DNA of 15,376 nucleotides from Chthoniobacteraceae bacterium (GTDB lineage Bacteria > Verrucomicrobiota > Verrucomicrobiia > Chthoniobacterales > Chthoniobacteraceae), in the NCBI GenBank assembly GCA_031409655.1, contig JANNXQ010000061.1:1-15376 (forward strand). The letters run 5' to 3'. Positions 13,363-15,376 of the stretch are shown one piece after another. The notes beneath the pieces are model-generated. The model was given only the letters and a program-made list of their open reading frames with translations. It ran no database searches and had not been told where the DNA came from. The position numbers and the translations under genes are program-made. Positions within the stretch are counted from its first letter, which is position 1. Each line of letters opens with the position of its first letter.

Positions 13363-15237
13363 TCACGGCGCCGCCGTGACTTGGAGGCGGATGAAGCGAG
13401 CGGGTGGGGTGCCGATGAGGACGTTGTCCCGCACTTTGAGCGTGGTGGAGTTGTTGATCAGAAAAGTCGTCGTCGCCGAGCTGAAGGAATCCGGCTGCGC
13501 GGACAGCAGCGTCCCGGCGGTCTGCACTTCGTAAGTCACACCGGGCTGCTTGGTGAGGGTCATCGTGAGATAGCCGCCCTCATTGGCCACTGCGGGCAAG
13601 GTGCCGGGATTGGGGACGGTGGGGTTCAGGCCGAGGGCGAGTTCGAGTAGCTCGACGTAGCCGTCGTGGTCGAAGTCATCCAGCGCACTGTGGCCGACGA
13701 TGGTGGGCCAGTAGGTCAGCTCCCACGAGTCGAGAAGGCCGTCGCTATCTGCGTCGGGCACGACCGCGCCGGAGCCCGTGAAAATGTAAGCCGCCCCGGC
13801 ATTGCTCGCGCCCTCATCGGGCGTGCTGTTGATATCCGTCGTGCTGCTGTCTTCAAAATTCGCCCCGACCACCACCGTGTCGCCCGACACCGCCACCGAG
13901 ATACCAAACTGATCGTTTGCCTGCGAGGTGCCGACGGCACCGGGCTTTAGGTAGGCCCGCTGGCTCCACGTCGTCCCGCTGCGCGCAAACACATACGCCG
14001 CTCCGGCATGGTTCGCACTCTCATCGGGCGTGCTATCGATGCCCGTCGTGGCGCTGTCTTCAAAGTAAGCTCCGACCACCACCGCGTCCCCGGACACGGC
14101 CACCGAAAAGCCGAACTGATTACCCGCCTGCGAGGTGCCGATGGCAGCGGGCTTTAGGTAGGCCTGTTGGCTCCAAGTCGCCTCACTGCGCACAAATACA
14201 TACGCCGCTCCGGCACCGCTCGCACCCTCATCGGGTGTACTGTTAATGCCGATCGTGCTACTATCTTCCCCGATCGCCCCGACCACCACCGTGTCGCCCG
14301 ACACGGCCACCGAGAAGCCGAACTGGTCGCCACCGTACTTTGTACCGACGGCCGCAGGCTTAAGATAGCCCTGCTGGCTCCAAGTCGTCCCGCTGCGCGC
14401 AAACACATACGCCGCCCCAGCACTGATCCCGCTCTCATCGGGCGTGCTGTCGATGCCCGTCGTGCTGCTGTCTTCATCGAATGCTCCGACCACTATTGTG
14501 TCGCCCGACACCGACACGCGCCCGCCGAAGTGGTCGCCCGCCTGTGTGTTGCCGACGAATGAAGGCTTGAGATAAGCCTGCTGGGTCCACGTCGTCCCGC
14601 CGCGCACGAACAAATACGCCGCCCCGGCATCGGTTGCACTCTCATTGGCCGTACTGTTGATGCCCGTGGTGCTGCTGTCTTCAAAGGTCGCCCCGACTAC
14701 CACCGTGTCGCCCGATATCGCCACCGAGTTACCGAAATTGTAGCCCGCCCGTGTGGTGCCGACGGCTGTGGGCTTGAGGAAGGCCTGCTGGCTCCACATC
14801 GTCCCGCGGCGCACGAACACGTACGCCGCTCCGGCACCGCTCGCACCTTCATCGGGAGTGCTGTCAATGCCCGTCGTATTGCTGTCTTCTAGCCGAGCCC
14901 CGACCACGGCAGTGTCGCCCGACACCGCCACCGAGACGCCGAAGCCGTCTCCTGCTTGGGTGGTGCCGACAGCCGCTGGCTTGAGGTAAGCTTGCTGGAT
15001 CCACGCCGTTCCGCTGCGCACAAATACATACGCCGCTCCAGCACCGCTCGCACCCTCATCAGGCGTGCTGTCGATCCCCGTTGTACTGCTATCCTCGCTA
15101 TTAGCCCCGACGACCACCGTCTCGCGCGACACAGCCACCGAACTGCCAAACCTGTCGCCGGCATGTCCTACACCGCTGTCGCCGTCGATCTTGACGTAAG
15201 CCTGCTGACTCCAGGCCGTCCCACTGCGTACGAAGAC
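13363..15237 (-). pseudogene. 5'-truncated FG-GAP (integrin-alpha beta-propeller) repeat protein with Ca-binding DxDxDG motifs and a C-terminal beta domain
   Basis: The frame stays open and repeat-like for 33 codons upstream of the track's start (VFVRSGTAWSQQAYVKIDGDSGVGHAGDRFGSS), then meets TAA at 15240-15238 where Tyr is expected. No signal peptide or credible start. Confidence 0.8.
13775..15237 (-). repeat. Tandem coding repeats, 207-nt (69-aa) unit, 7 blades plus the tail of an eighth
   Basis: Unit AGDxFGxSVAVSGDTVVVGAxxEDSSTTGIDSTPDExAxxAGAAYVFxRSGTTWSQQAYLKPAAVGTxQ. Confidence 0.92.
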
Positions 15238-15238
15238 T

Positions 15239-15376
15239 TACTGAGCCCTCCAAAACAGCTTCACATCGGATGCCGAGTTATGTTAGTTACGGTTGATGGC
15301 AAGAAGATCAACCAAAACAGTGACCGGACGCCGTGAGCGGCAAGAGAAGCGGCGCCTGAAAGCAGCTGACTTATTC
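15239..15376 (+). mobile_element. Probable left end of an insertion sequence, IS630-like (partial)
   Basis: Repeat homology ends abruptly at TA|CTGAGCCCTCCAAAA; AT-richer leader followed by a transposase-like ORF start. The right end is outside the window. Confidence 0.55.
15296..15376 (+). CDS. N-terminus (27 aa, partial) of a probable IS630-family transposase HTH protein
   Basis: MARRSTKTVTGRRERQEKRRLKAADLF, open to the window edge. ExRRLxAxxLF commonly precedes the HTH of IS630-type transposases. Confidence 0.5.
   Translation, partial: MARRSTKTVTGRRERQEKRRLKAADLF

Noticed and set aside
13336..13363. Bulged hairpin AACCCGCTG...CAGCGAGGTT after the FG-GAP gene; also GTCGG-N7-CCGAC at 8493-8509
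   Set aside because: Short stems with long loops and no convincing U tract; not supportable as terminators.
13775..15237. Regular repeats as a CRISPR array or DGR template/variable pair
   Set aside because: 207-nt in-frame coding repeats with synonymous variation; no spacers, cas genes or reverse transcriptase.

Overview
GC-rich bacterial chromosomal window, most consistent with Verrucomicrobia/PVC (an inference from protein styles). Left half: a divergent metal-homeostasis locus. A minus-strand operon encodes an outer-membrane beta-barrel, TroA-like binding protein, TroB-like ATPase, a permease fused to a DtxR-like domain (YtgCR-like architecture) and a second permease. It faces an E. coli-type mntR across an intergenic region holding an MntR-box-like palindrome. 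Directly after the mntR stop, in the same frame, is a 55-codon ORF missing from the supplied track that encodes only the C-terminal metal-binding/dimerisation part of a second, Bacillus-like MntR. The locus therefore carries three DtxR/MntR-family modules, the most unusual system here. The rest: the tail of a probably non-catalytic ketosynthase, two hypothetical genes (one a lipoprotein), a YebC-family gene, a GT2-GT4-methyltransferase cassette, a class C beta-lactamase-like esterase, yjbQ, a truncated DUF4258-like toxin remnant, and an FG-GAP repeat gene cut at its 5' end by what looks like the left end of an IS630-like element. All family calls are from motif recognition by eye; no searches were run.
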